A stretch of 63,511 nucleotides of DNA, counting the filler. It is 5 parts of 5 records of this genome, joined end to end, with 100 filler letters (N's around TTAATTAATTAA, not from the genome) between each part and the next. Parts side by side here need not be neighbours in the genome. Positions count along the whole stretch, not along the records: positions 1 to 29,004 come from DRR723986_52352; 4 more parts are not named here. One strand, given 5' to 3'. This document shows, piece by piece, positions 10,075 through 19,475 of this stretch. The translations under genes and the position numbers were made by a program. Position 1 is the stretch's first letter, and every line of letters begins with the position of its first letter. The notes below the pieces were generated by a model. It saw only the letters and a program-made list of their open reading frames with translations, did no database searches and had not been told where the DNA came from.

Positions 10075-10089
10075 TGGCATGCCTCTTGG
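10075..10089 (+). promoter_or_regulatory. Sigma-54-like promoter TGGCAT-GCCTC-TTGG
   Basis: GG at 10076-10077 and TTG at 10086-10088 have exact -24/-12 spacing; about 41 nt before the dps ATG. Confidence 0.6.
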
Positions 10090-10129
10090 ATGATTATGAG
10101 TATAATTTAAATCTAAAAACAGAATACAT

Positions 10130-10618
10130 ATGAATACTTCTAAAGCAACACTTGCAAATCACCTGAAACTGGATAATAAAGCAATGAAAAACGTTTCAGA
10201 CAAAATGAATGACTTGCTTTCTGATTACCATATTTTCTATCAAAATGTAAGAGGGTTTCATTGGAATGTCAAAGGTGAAAACTTCTTTGACCTACATGTG
10301 AAATTTGAAGAACTCTACACCCAACTCTATGAGAACATAGATGAATTGGCAGAAAGAATCGTGACTATTGGGTTTAAACCATTGCATGCTTATTCTGATT
10401 ATTTAAAAAATACTATTCATAAGGAGATCACCGATGTATCTGATGGTGACCAATGTGTAAAGCATGTAATTGACGGCCTTGGAAGTCTTGCACAATCCCA
10501 TAGAAAAGCTGCTAAAGCAGCTGAAGAGGCAGATGATATTGCTTCCGCAGATTTGCTGACCAGATTTGTAGGTGATATTGAAAAGAGAATGTGGATGTTT
10601 ACCATGTTCTCTAAATAA
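10130..10618 (+). CDS. dps: Dps family DNA starvation/stationary-phase protection protein
   Basis: FHWNVKG..FFDLHVKFEELY..IDELAERI ferroxidase motifs. Confidence 0.95.
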   Translation: MNTSKATLANHLKLDNKAMKNVSDKMNDLLSDYHIFYQNVRGFHWNVKGENFFDLHVKFEELYTQLYENIDELAERIVTIGFKPLHAYSDYLKNTIHKEITDVSDGDQCVKHVIDGLGSLAQSHRKAAKAAEEADDIASADLLTRFVGDIEKRMWMFTMFSK

Positions 10619-10645
10619 GACATAAGAATAATAAACCTAAATAGT

Positions 10646-10677
10646 AAAAAAACCGCAGCAAGAGTTGCGGTTTTTTT
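10646..10677. terminator. Bidirectional terminator between dps and the 2OG oxygenase gene
   Basis: AAAAAAACCGCAGC..GTTGCGGTTTTTTT. Confidence 0.8.
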
Positions 10678-10725
10678 AGGCCTTTAGATTTTTGGGAAGA
10701 CTAGTGTTAGTCTGGTTTTTTTGGT

Positions 10726-11343
10726 TCAATTCTTAAACCACGCGGCTATACTTTTTCTTTCTTTAGTAAAGGAAGGATGCACTTCATGCTCCATTTCATC
10801 GCTGCGGAAAAAGACGATCCTACCTCCAATGGGGGAAATGTTTTGTGGCACTCCTTTATCAGGATACAGGGAAAGCATTCCACCATCATCCTCATTCCAT
10901 TCCTTATTTAAGTAAACGATGATTGAAAATTTTCTACCCTTCTCACTTTTGAACTGGTCCAAATGACGTGTGTAGAAACTCCTTTTTTCATAATTTGAAT
11001 AGTGACTTTCAAAGCTTTTGATGGAAGTAAAGCAGGTCTTATTTAAGTGCTCGATGAATTTGCCCACTTTCTTTAAGTAAATGACCTCAAATGGATTAGT
11101 GCTGTTTTCTTGAATCCAGTTAATTTTATCACCTCTTATTTCCTTGCTTTGCTTAATATCGAATGCATTGCCAACTCCGGCAAGCTTTAATTTTCCTGAT
11201 TCGGATAAGCGTTGGATTTCCTTTCTAAGTCCTTTGACAGTATTAGGGGATATGAATTCATCACTACAGCCATATTTATGGTCTATAAGCCCTTGAATCA
11301 ACTCTTCGAATTGATTTCGCTCTAGAATTTCTTCCTCTTCCAT
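10726..11343 (-). CDS. 2OG-Fe(II) oxygenase (EGLN/SM-20 prolyl-hydroxylase-like)
   Basis: IRGDKINW, HxD (RHLD), YLN..W, distal His (EHEV) and RKSIAAW. Confidence 0.85.
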   Translation of the reverse strand: MEEEEILERNQFEELIQGLIDHKYGCSDEFISPNTVKGLRKEIQRLSESGKLKLAGVGNAFDIKQSKEIRGDKINWIQENSTNPFEVIYLKKVGKFIEHLNKTCFTSIKSFESHYSNYEKRSFYTRHLDQFKSEKGRKFSIIVYLNKEWNEDDGGMLSLYPDKGVPQNISPIGGRIVFFRSDEMEHEVHPSFTKERKSIAAWFKN

Positions 11344-11524
11344 GATGCACTATTTTAATTTTAGCCAAGCACGTTGAGTATCAAAATGAGCTTTTGGTAA
11401 GAACGCTATAATAAACCCAATTCAATCTTATTTAGGATAAATTATCAGGACTATTTGGTGTAAGATGTCTGTGTATTCAAGCGGGATTAAATCCCTTCTT
11501 ACTTAGACTACCTTAGGCATACAA

Positions 11525-11553
11525 AAAGCGGCGGTTATTATTACCGCCGCTTT
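11525..11553 (-). terminator. Intrinsic terminator
   Basis: AAAGCGGCGGT/ACCGCCGCTTT inverted repeat. Confidence 0.75.
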
Positions 11554-11597
11554 AAAAAGTAGTTTAAAAACCGAGTATGGAAAATATATTCGCTAGG

Positions 11598-12626
11598 TTA
11601 AGTTAATGCTTTTTCACAAAATTCTACACATCTCTGAACTTCTTTTACAGCGTCAGATCCTTCAGGAATTTTATACTCTAACTCAATGGTAGCCGGGAAC
11701 TTATATTTATTTTTTGCTATGAGTTTCAAGAGCTCCGGAATAGGTGTGTCCCCAGTACCCCAAGGTAAATTTCCTTTACCATTTGCGGGGGTTGTTCTGT
11801 CTTTTGTGTGCATGCTTAGAATGCGGTTATGCTGCTTTTCGATTAGAGGGATGAGATCTGTATTTCCTGCAGCGATGTAATGCCCAGCATCTAGGTTGAG
11901 ACCGTTACTTTTACTTTGCGCTAACGCTGTGTCCCAAAAAGTAAAGGTCTCCTGCTCATGACCATGGTAGCCTACGGACATGTTATATTTATCACCTAAT
12001 TTCCCTAAGCGGAGCGTATGTTCGTCATTAGATGGGTGCTCTAAGGTGACATGGGTTGCACCGAGAGCTTTTGCAGCTGTCATCCCATATGCGATTTCTT
12101 CATCAGAAGCATTTCTTCCGAAGGCATTTGGCTTAAAGGCATAGATACTGACCCCAGCATCCTTGTACATTTTTCGCATTTTCTCAAACGGCGCTGTGCC
12201 AACTTTGCTTCTCCATTCTGCTACTTCTTTCGAATAGGATTCTATTTGTGCATTCAAATCAGCAAGTTTTGCTTTTTCCTCTGCTGTGAGTTCTTCACCC
12301 TTCCTTTGCTTGTTTCTAAGTGGATTCAAATCCCGCATATTCACATTATTTACTGGTTTCCCGGCAAAGGACTCAGCAGGGTCTCCCATGAGTTCTATTG
12401 CAGAAAGACCTGAATCCACCACATATTTTAGGGTAGCTTCCGCACTTTGATCAGGCATGGATCGGAATGAGTAAGTGATGCAACCCACTTGAACACCATT
12501 GATCAAAGAGTTAGGCTTGTTAAATGACTTAATTATAGCTGGAGCACCTTGTAGCCAAGATGGAGCTAAAGCAAGCCCACCAACTCCTAGAGCAGATTTT
12601 ATTAGAAATTCTCTTCTATTTTTCAT
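11598..12626 (-). CDS. Tat-exported sugar phosphate isomerase/epimerase (AP endonuclease 2 TIM barrel)
   Basis: MKNRREFLIKSALG twin-arginine leader; YSFR, LDAGHY, HTKD and IELEY metal-site motifs. Confidence 0.85.
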   Translation of the reverse strand: MKNRREFLIKSALGVGGLALAPSWLQGAPAIIKSFNKPNSLINGVQVGCITYSFRSMPDQSAEATLKYVVDSGLSAIELMGDPAESFAGKPVNNVNMRDLNPLRNKQRKGEELTAEEKAKLADLNAQIESYSKEVAEWRSKVGTAPFEKMRKMYKDAGVSIYAFKPNAFGRNASDEEIAYGMTAAKALGATHVTLEHPSNDEHTLRLGKLGDKYNMSVGYHGHEQETFTFWDTALAQSKSNGLNLDAGHYIAAGNTDLIPLIEKQHNRILSMHTKDRTTPANGKGNLPWGTGDTPIPELLKLIAKNKYKFPATIELEYKIPEGSDAVKEVQRCVEFCEKALT

Positions 12627-12770
12627 GTAATTTTTGGGTTTCAGTGTCATGTTGGACTTCAAATTAGTATTTACTTTCTCTTTTCTGCTTAAAAGTTTAC
12701 ACCTAATTTTATTTTCGGGCTGATTGGTCAAATACTAATTTAAATATACCCGCTGATTAAATGGGAAGTA

Positions 12771-13202
12771 ATGGAACACGGTGAGAAAAATATAGAGGTT
12801 AGAATAAAAGGGGGATATTTCCTGAATGAACTTCAGTTTATTACCTCGAGAAGCGGTGGTGCTGGAGGGCAAAATGTGAATAAAGTCGAAACCAAAGTTC
12901 AATTGAAATTTGATATCCCTAATTCCAGCCAGTTAAGTGTCGAAGAAAAAGCAATGTTATTAGAGAAATTGCGAACCAAAACTGATCAGGAAGGTGTCTT
13001 GCAACTACAGTCTCAGGAAAAGCGGTCACAGATTCAAAACAAAGAGCTAGTAATTAGAAAGTTTGAAGATTTATTGCGAAAAGCATTTTTCAAGAAACGA
13101 GTAAGAAAGGCAACTAAGCCTAAAAAAGGAGCAATAGAAAAGCGACTTAAAGCCAAAAAAAATCAGGCTGAAAAAAAGGCTAATAGAAGCTGGAAAGAAT
13201 AA
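12771..13202 (+). CDS. arfB: Alternative ribosome rescue factor B (peptidyl-tRNA hydrolase)
   Basis: SRSGGAGGQNVNKVETKV GGQ motif and a basic C-terminal tail. Confidence 0.93.
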   Translation: MEHGEKNIEVRIKGGYFLNELQFITSRSGGAGGQNVNKVETKVQLKFDIPNSSQLSVEEKAMLLEKLRTKTDQEGVLQLQSQEKRSQIQNKELVIRKFEDLLRKAFFKKRVRKATKPKKGAIEKRLKAKKNQAEKKANRSWKE

Positions 13203-13280
13203 ATAAGGAAGTTTTCAGTCGCAGTTTGCAGTCTCAGTGAGGCTACCTAATGTGATCCGTCTCGATTTAACTAGTAGGTT

Positions 13281-13658
13281 TTAGAAATCTTTTATTAGGA
13301 GCGTATAATTCTTCGTAGAATCAGGTTTATAGATCTGAATAGGGTAATTGCCACTAGGGGTTACTATTCGTAAAGAATAAAAAGGATCAGGATTTATGAC
13401 TACTACATTTTCATCTTTGCTATAAAGAAACTTGTTGTTTTTATCCATATAGCCTGGAAAACCCTCTAAACTTTCGAATTTTTTAATTTGGGTAGATCCA
13501 TCCAAAAACACAGTGTCATTCAAAACTTCCAATCCCTGAATGTTTTCATAAGACGGTAGCGTCAATTTGAAATCGTATTTCTTTGGATTTGTAACCTGAG
13601 AAAGTGCTGGGATGATAGAAGCTACACTGAGTAAAATGTATAAAAATAGATTTTTCAT
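13281..13658 (-). CDS. Hypothetical secreted protein
   Basis: Signal peptide MKNLFLYILLSVASIIPALSQ. Confidence 0.6.
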   Translation of the reverse strand: MKNLFLYILLSVASIIPALSQVTNPKKYDFKLTLPSYENIQGLEVLNDTVFLDGSTQIKKFESLEGFPGYMDKNNKFLYSKDENVVVINPDPFYSLRIVTPSGNYPIQIYKPDSTKNYTLLIKDF

Positions 13659-13755
13659 AGTTTTTGAATTCAATAAAAATATTTGTCGATGTTTGCTTCA
13701 AATCTACGATGAACAATATATTTAAGTTTCAATCTATTTGATACTGAGTAGTTTG

Positions 13756-14577
13756 CTAATTCGAAATCATTTTGCGAGAAATATCTTTTAATGCTTTGTC
13801 TAACTCTTCTCCGGACGACTTGAGATGCCTTATCAACTCGTTCTTCTCAGCAGGATTAAGGTTCACTTCTTGGGTTAATTCAATAATTCCAAGGATCCTG
13901 GCTAATGGGGCCCTAACTAAATGTGATTGATCAGAGGCTAATTCCTGGAGCTTTTTGTTTTTGGATTCAAGCGATCGTAAAAATCTCTCCTGCTCTGTGA
14001 TATTTTGAAAGGCTGCCAAGTAACTGGTTTTGTTGTTTTTTTTGTCTTTCAGTACAATTCCATAGACCTTAATTATTGCAGTATTTCCTTTTTTGTCTTT
14101 GAGGTATTTATTAATTATAAACCCGCGATCAGGATTGTTTTCTTTGATTTCTAGCATCTTTTCGAGGTCTTGATCCAGGTGTTCTTCGGGAGTAAAATCA
14201 ATTACACTTTTTCCTATGACCTCCTGATCTGAATAACCAATAATCTGCAAAATATTTGGGCTGATATAGGTGAATTTACCCACTTCATCTACTTTGAAAA
14301 TTCCCAGATTTGGGTTGGTGAAAAGTAACTCTAATTCCCGTTTCCCGGCACTGATTTGATCGTATAGTCTTTTGATTAAATAGTAAAGAAGTAACCCAGT
14401 AAGCAAAACATAAAGAACCCCTTTTATCATCTGGAATCTTGACATTTCCTGAATGTCGTCACTAAAAATGCTGTTTATCAGAATATCACTAAAAAATATC
14501 CAATTGACCCCAACTATCATGTAAATGATCGTGATGGCCCAAGGCTGATTAATGGAGAATTTATTCACTTTTTTCAT
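13756..14577 (-). CDS. Membrane PAS-domain protein ending in a HisKA-like domain without HATPase
   Basis: Two TM helices, a PAS domain and H-box SHLVRAPLARILG; stops about 50 aa later. Confidence 0.8.
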   Translation of the reverse strand: MKKVNKFSINQPWAITIIYMIVGVNWIFFSDILINSIFSDDIQEMSRFQMIKGVLYVLLTGLLLYYLIKRLYDQISAGKRELELLFTNPNLGIFKVDEVGKFTYISPNILQIIGYSDQEVIGKSVIDFTPEEHLDQDLEKMLEIKENNPDRGFIINKYLKDKKGNTAIIKVYGIVLKDKKNNKTSYLAAFQNITEQERFLRSLESKNKKLQELASDQSHLVRAPLARILGIIELTQEVNLNPAEKNELIRHLKSSGEELDKALKDISRKMISN

Positions 14578-14694
14578 GATACTTAATCAAAGGCCATAAA
14601 TCTTCGGTGGCTTGATATTTTACCGCTCTAAATAATGAAGTTAATTTTTATTTTGGGATCAAAATTGATTTAAAGTATTCAGAAATACCATTTT

Positions 14695-14967
14695 TCAAAA
14701 AATAATAGTTTGAGTACTATCATTTTTTCCGATGATAATAATAGCTGTGAAGCGGATGAATAATTCATGGGAAATGACACCAGTGATTTTGTCCAGTGAG
14801 TTAGAATGTTGAAGAGGTTGCTCAAAGTCAATATCAAGCGTCCAGTTACCTTGATCGGCTAATAAAAATTCCCCTTTCATTTGCCGAATAGTATAAGCAG
14901 TTCCTAATTTCTCAATCTTATTTTATACTGATTAGGATGCAAAGGAAATTATTTCCGGTGGAAAGTG
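14695..14967 (-). pseudogene. rpiA: Ribose-5-phosphate isomerase A remnant
   Basis: Frame reads HFPPEIISFAS*SV*NKIEKLG..RQMKGEFLLADQGNWTLD..ITGVISHELF, matching the RpiA C-terminal half (FPLPVEV..TDNGN.ILD..PGVVEHGLF) with two in-frame stops. Confidence 0.7.
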
Positions 14968-15451
14968 AAATGTTATTACTCACTGCGATACTTATTCGCT
15001 GTATGCTGCTAGGATTGTCTGCTTTTTAATCGTAGCGTGAGTCTGCTTTATAAGCGGTAGATTTTTTTAATAGCTAAAGGTAAAAGCTTAGCTATTTAGA
15101 GAAGTTGTATGACAAACTGCTAATTGATAGTGCTAAGGATTCATAATTTATCTAGTTGATGAAAGCATGCTCTGTTTAGCTAAAAACCAGTCCTGCGTGG
15201 TGGATATTACATTTGAGTTGGTCAAAAGAGTGTTTTTGAACGAAAGAAGCTTTCTATTGGTGGGATTTAGTTCAATTTTCAGGTTCAAAAAGTCGGCAAA
15301 AATAATGTTGAATTTTAGATTAGCTTTATTTCGGAGATGACAAGATGTAAGTTAATTACTGCTGTTTCCAAACAATGCCCACTTGAACTGGTTAAAATTT
15401 ATATCCTTACCAAAAGCTGTTTGTGTAAGTTTTTACAAAGAAATCCCATAG

Positions 15452-16702
15452 ATGAAAGATCAAAATATATACATAATTGGTGCAGGTGTTGCAGGTTTAG
15501 TCGCTGCAATTGAACTCGAAAAAGCTGGATTTTCACCAATTATATTGGAAGGAAGTGATAGCGTAGGAGGTAGGGTGAAAACAGATTTAGTTGACGGTTT
15601 TCTTTTAGATCACGGTTTTCAGGTGTTGCTTACGGCTTATCCTGAAGTGAAAAGGTACCTTGATCTGTCAAAATTGAATTTGAAATATTTTGAACCAGGA
15701 GCGGTTGTATTTGGAGAAAATGAGACGTTTATTATTTCCGACCCTTTACGTAATCCACTCAAGGTGGTTAGTATGGCTTTTTCGCACGTTGGTAGCTTTT
15801 TGGATAAGGTTAAGATGTTTAATCTTACTCAAATGCTTAAAAATAAGTCGATTGAAGATATTTTTAATGAACCCTCTATCACTACCCATGAATACTTGAT
15901 TGACTATGGGTTTACGGACCAAATAATTTCTAACTTTTTCAAGCCTTTTTTTAGAGGGATATTTTTGGAAAAGGACCTAGAAACCTCCTCCAGAATGTTT
16001 GAGTTTGTCTTTAAAATGTTTTCTCAAGGACTAGGTGGGATACCGGAAAAAGGTATGATTGAGGTTCCTAATATGCTCAAAAATCAATTGACTAAGACAA
16101 TATTCAGGTTTAATACCAAAGTAACGGACGTCCTTGGGCAAAATATCCAATTAGAAAATGGCGAAACGATAGAAGCCGATCGAATTATTGTGGCTACCCA
16201 GCCAGATAAATTTATGAAGCAATTGAAAGGACAATTTGCTCCTTCAAGGTCGGTGATTACCTTGTATTTTTCACTTCATAAATCATTTATGAATAGAGCT
16301 ATGTTGGGCTTGATTCCTGGGGAAAATCACCTGATTAATAATATGGTGTTCATGAGTGATGTTTCATCAGCTTATTCTACTAATGGTAGAGCTTTGCTGT
16401 CTGTTTCAATTTTGGATTCTGACCTGAAAGAGAAGGAGTTGATCAAAGCAGTTCAGGCAGAGTTGGAGTCTATTTCTAGAATTAGTGCGGAATATTTCAA
16501 GTTTGTGAAGGCATATTATATCGATTATGCAATTCCTACAGTAGAAGATATGAAAGGCACTATTCCATTTACCGAAGCTAAGATTTCAGATCACGTATTT
16601 TTAGCTGGAGATTACCTATTGAATGGCTCAATCAATGCAGCCATGGCTTCTGGGCGAATTGCAGCGGAGGCGGTCGTACATAGCTTTACTCCAGTTTATT
16701 GA
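15452..16702 (+). CDS. FAD-dependent oxidoreductase (flavin amine oxidase family)
   Basis: IIGAGVAGL, VGGRVKTD, DHGFQVLLTAYPE and LAGDY..SINAAMASG motifs. Confidence 0.88.
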   Translation: MKDQNIYIIGAGVAGLVAAIELEKAGFSPIILEGSDSVGGRVKTDLVDGFLLDHGFQVLLTAYPEVKRYLDLSKLNLKYFEPGAVVFGENETFIISDPLRNPLKVVSMAFSHVGSFLDKVKMFNLTQMLKNKSIEDIFNEPSITTHEYLIDYGFTDQIISNFFKPFFRGIFLEKDLETSSRMFEFVFKMFSQGLGGIPEKGMIEVPNMLKNQLTKTIFRFNTKVTDVLGQNIQLENGETIEADRIIVATQPDKFMKQLKGQFAPSRSVITLYFSLHKSFMNRAMLGLIPGENHLINNMVFMSDVSSAYSTNGRALLSVSILDSDLKEKELIKAVQAELESISRISAEYFKFVKAYYIDYAIPTVEDMKGTIPFTEAKISDHVFLAGDYLLNGSINAAMASGRIAAEAVVHSFTPVY

Positions 16703-16793
16703 ATTCGCTGCAGAATTATTTTGATTGGTAGGTGGCGGGAACCAGGTTTGAGGACGTATATCCCCTGTTGGAAATTTGTTTTATCTTCGCGCC

Positions 16794-17135
16794 ATGGAAA
16801 ATATACCTCCTTGCCCAGCCTGTAATTCGCCGTATGGCTATGAATTGGATGAAAAGTTGATCTGCCCAGAGTGCAGTTTTGAATGGACTCACGGTGAAGT
16901 TGAAGAAGAAGTTGAGGAAGGATTAGTAGTCAAAGATTCGAATGGAGCTATTTTAGCAGACGGAGATTCTGTGACGATAATAAAAGACCTTCCAGTAAAA
17001 GGGGCTCCCAAACCAATAAAAGCAGGTACAAAAGTAAAGAGTATTCGGTTAGTAGAGGGTGATCACAACATTGACTGTAAGATTGATGGCTTTGGCTCTA
17101 TGGCACTGAAAAGTGAGTTTGTGAAAAAAGCCTAG
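16794..17135 (+). CDS. Zinc-ribbon protein of the YjdM/PhnA family
   Basis: [20 protein letters not shown] and [10 protein letters not shown] motifs. Confidence 0.9.
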   Translation: MENIPPCPACNSPYGYELDEKLICPECSFEWTHGEVEEEVEEGLVVKDSNGAILADGDSVTIIKDLPVKGAPKPIKAGTKVKSIRLVEGDHNIDCKIDGFGSMALKSEFVKKA

Positions 17136-17192
17136 AGATTTACGATTTCGGATAGTTGACTTCAGATTTCGTGAATAAGGGAAGGTGATTAG

Positions 17193-18380
17193 TTACAAAT
17201 CTGAAGTAGGTTCTTGCGCTTCGTAATTATAGATTACTTCTCCAGAGTCAGATTGGAATATGAACTTGATATTTTTTTGATTGAAGAGCTCAATCCAATC
17301 CATAGTTTGTTGTTCACAGAGAGACATGGAGTCCAGTTGTATACCATTTGCCATTTGTAAAATTTGCCCTTTTCTCACTCCAGCGAGGTAGGCATTGGAT
17401 GAATCATGGACATGGATAACCTTTCCGTTTGATGTATGGAAGTCAAGTGGGCTTCTATAATCCAAAATAGTATCGGGATAGGGATTGAAGTAGAAATCAT
17501 CATTGACCAAGTCCAAAACAATTACTCCCTTAGCAAGAATTCCTGCGCCTAGTATAGAGCTTTCATTCCATGAATTAAAGGTGGAAACTGCAGGATTTAA
17601 AAAGTCATATTCACCTATCTGGAGTTTTGGGATATGTACCCGAAAATTTATAGAATCATTTTGCTCACCTATCAGGCCTTTGTTTTCGCTGATGTAAATT
17701 GTGTCAAGTATGTTATTGGTACTTAATATGCTATCCTTTAAAAGCTTTTGCAGGGAAGCATTGCTTAGCCTTAATAAGTCATTTAAAGCACCGGTATCAA
17801 ATAGCACATTCTCGGAGGATGTGGAATCGGAATAATGAATATCAAGATGAGGTCTTTTTAAACCATGTTTGTAAGTTAGCGGAAGAGGATTACCGAAATC
17901 TTCTTCTAAAAATGTAATAGCAGAAGCTACAGTCAGTTCACCTTTTCTGAGGTCTAATTTTATGACTTTACCATCAAAATACTCTAACCCTAAAATACCG
18001 TCTATCTTAATATCACAAAACCTGAAATTTTGAAGTGGCCTTAGAATTGCAACTTCTAAGTCCTTTTTGGATAGCTGATTCAATCTTAATTCAGGAAGGT
18101 TTGAAGTAGTGATTGTTGCAGTATTACCATAAAAATCTGCCATCTGATAATTTCCAATCGAATCAATACCATAGAGATCTTTGAGTTCTGGAGAAATAAT
18201 AGTGCCTGCCCCAGTATCAAAGAAAAAGTTATAGATTTCTCCCTCTATTTCCATTTTGAAAATCATGGAATGTCGGATTACTTCAAAGGGAATAACCACA
18301 GGTACATTCCTAACATATTTGCTATAGAAAAATGCAGCAACTGCCAGTATAATGGTAGCTAAAAAAAGTCTTTTAATCAT
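17193..18380 (-). CDS. Retropepsin-like aspartyl protease with two domains and a possible C-terminal PDZ-like region
   Basis: Two FDTGA motifs, each followed by GILG/SILG; N-terminal anchor. Confidence 0.8.
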   Translation of the reverse strand: MIKRLFLATIILAVAAFFYSKYVRNVPVVIPFEVIRHSMIFKMEIEGEIYNFFFDTGAGTIISPELKDLYGIDSIGNYQMADFYGNTATITTSNLPELRLNQLSKKDLEVAILRPLQNFRFCDIKIDGILGLEYFDGKVIKLDLRKGELTVASAITFLEEDFGNPLPLTYKHGLKRPHLDIHYSDSTSSENVLFDTGALNDLLRLSNASLQKLLKDSILSTNNILDTIYISENKGLIGEQNDSINFRVHIPKLQIGEYDFLNPAVSTFNSWNESSILGAGILAKGVIVLDLVNDDFYFNPYPDTILDYRSPLDFHTSNGKVIHVHDSSNAYLAGVRKGQILQMANGIQLDSMSLCEQQTMDWIELFNQKNIKFIFQSDSGEVIYNYEAQEPTSDL

Positions 18381-18395
18381 TGATTTAAAAATTAG

Positions 18396-18445
18396 AAAAA
18401 AAGCAGTGAATTTAATCTACTGTGAGATTTGGTCCACTGCTTTTT
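18396..18445 (-). terminator. Intrinsic terminator after the ThuA gene
   Basis: AAAAAGCAGTG...CACTGCTTTTT inverted repeat. Confidence 0.65.
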
Positions 18446-18468
18446 GAAAACTGAATACAGAATACTGC

Positions 18469-19395
18469 TTACTTACCTATCGGCGTTTCATCTACTTTCA
18501 CATCTCCAGCTACATACTGAAGTGCGTCTAGGAAATAGGCAAGAATAGCAGAATTTTCAAAGCTTTGCGCATTGTGAGAAGTTGAGATATACATTGCTCT
18601 ACCTTTACCGTCTTTTCTGATCCAAGAAACATAAGTTTTACCGGAAGTTTTCTCCTGACCTTTTCTTTGACCTTCGATTTCAGCGTTGTTGAAATAGGTC
18701 AGCGGATGGAAATCCAAGTCATCATAGGCACCTTTGTAGAAGTATGGCTCATCCACATGGTTATATCCTTCAGATGGGAGGGACTTAGTCAATGGGTGAG
18801 AAGGATCTTCAATTCTTACCTGGAATGCCTGCTGCTTTGTATGATAATCGAAGCTGCCTCCGGTTAGTTTTGAAAACTCCATGGAGTTGTTTAGCATGGT
18901 ATTTCCTCCATGTACCACGAGAATTCCGCCTCCTTTTTTCACGTATTGGATGATGTTATTCTCCAGCTCGTTTGCTTTTTTCCATACGGCTACACTATCC
19001 ATCGATGCATCTTCGCTGAATACATCAACAAATAGATTTCTGTACTGAGGCTTAGAGTTAGTGTTATCAAATACGACAGCATCAAATTCTTTCAACTTGT
19101 CTTTTTCCATCATAGCGATGTCAGTACTTGTAGTCACATCAAAGGCGCCACTTTTGTCACCGAGGATTTCAATCATTGCAGCAGTATGTGGGTTTACCCA
19201 GTGCCAAAAGCCTGTATGAAGCGAAAACACCAAGATTTTCTTTTTCTTTTTGAAAGGGAAATTGGCTTTTTCAGGTGCTAAATCTGTGATTTTATCTTTC
19301 CAAGCTTGATCCAAAGGGATCTCTGTTGGGTTCTGTGCAAGAGTGAAATTAAGGGATGCTAGGAAAACGATTCCGTAGATAATAATTTTCTTCAT
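18469..19395 (-). CDS. ThuA domain-containing secreted protein
   Basis: Signal peptide; GFWH, YVKKGGGILVVHG, GGSFDYH, HPLT, DEPY and GKGRAMY class I glutamine amidotransferase-like ThuA motifs. Confidence 0.8.
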   Translation of the reverse strand: MKKIIIYGIVFLASLNFTLAQNPTEIPLDQAWKDKITDLAPEKANFPFKKKKKILVFSLHTGFWHWVNPHTAAMIEILGDKSGAFDVTTSTDIAMMEKDKLKEFDAVVFDNTNSKPQYRNLFVDVFSEDASMDSVAVWKKANELENNIIQYVKKGGGILVVHGGNTMLNNSMEFSKLTGGSFDYHTKQQAFQVRIEDPSHPLTKSLPSEGYNHVDEPYFYKGAYDDLDFHPLTYFNNAEIEGQRKGQEKTSGKTYVSWIRKDGKGRAMYISTSHNAQSFENSAILAYFLDALQYVAGDVKVDETPIGK

Positions 19396-19475
19396 GGGGT
19401 AATTAGATGAACGGGTTAGTCGATAATTTAGAATTCTATATCTTTAAAATTCGATCCCAATAACCTGAAATTTAT

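Noticed and set aside
13216-13240. Short CAGT-rich repeats after arfB
   Set aside because: Only four short degenerate units and no associated gene.
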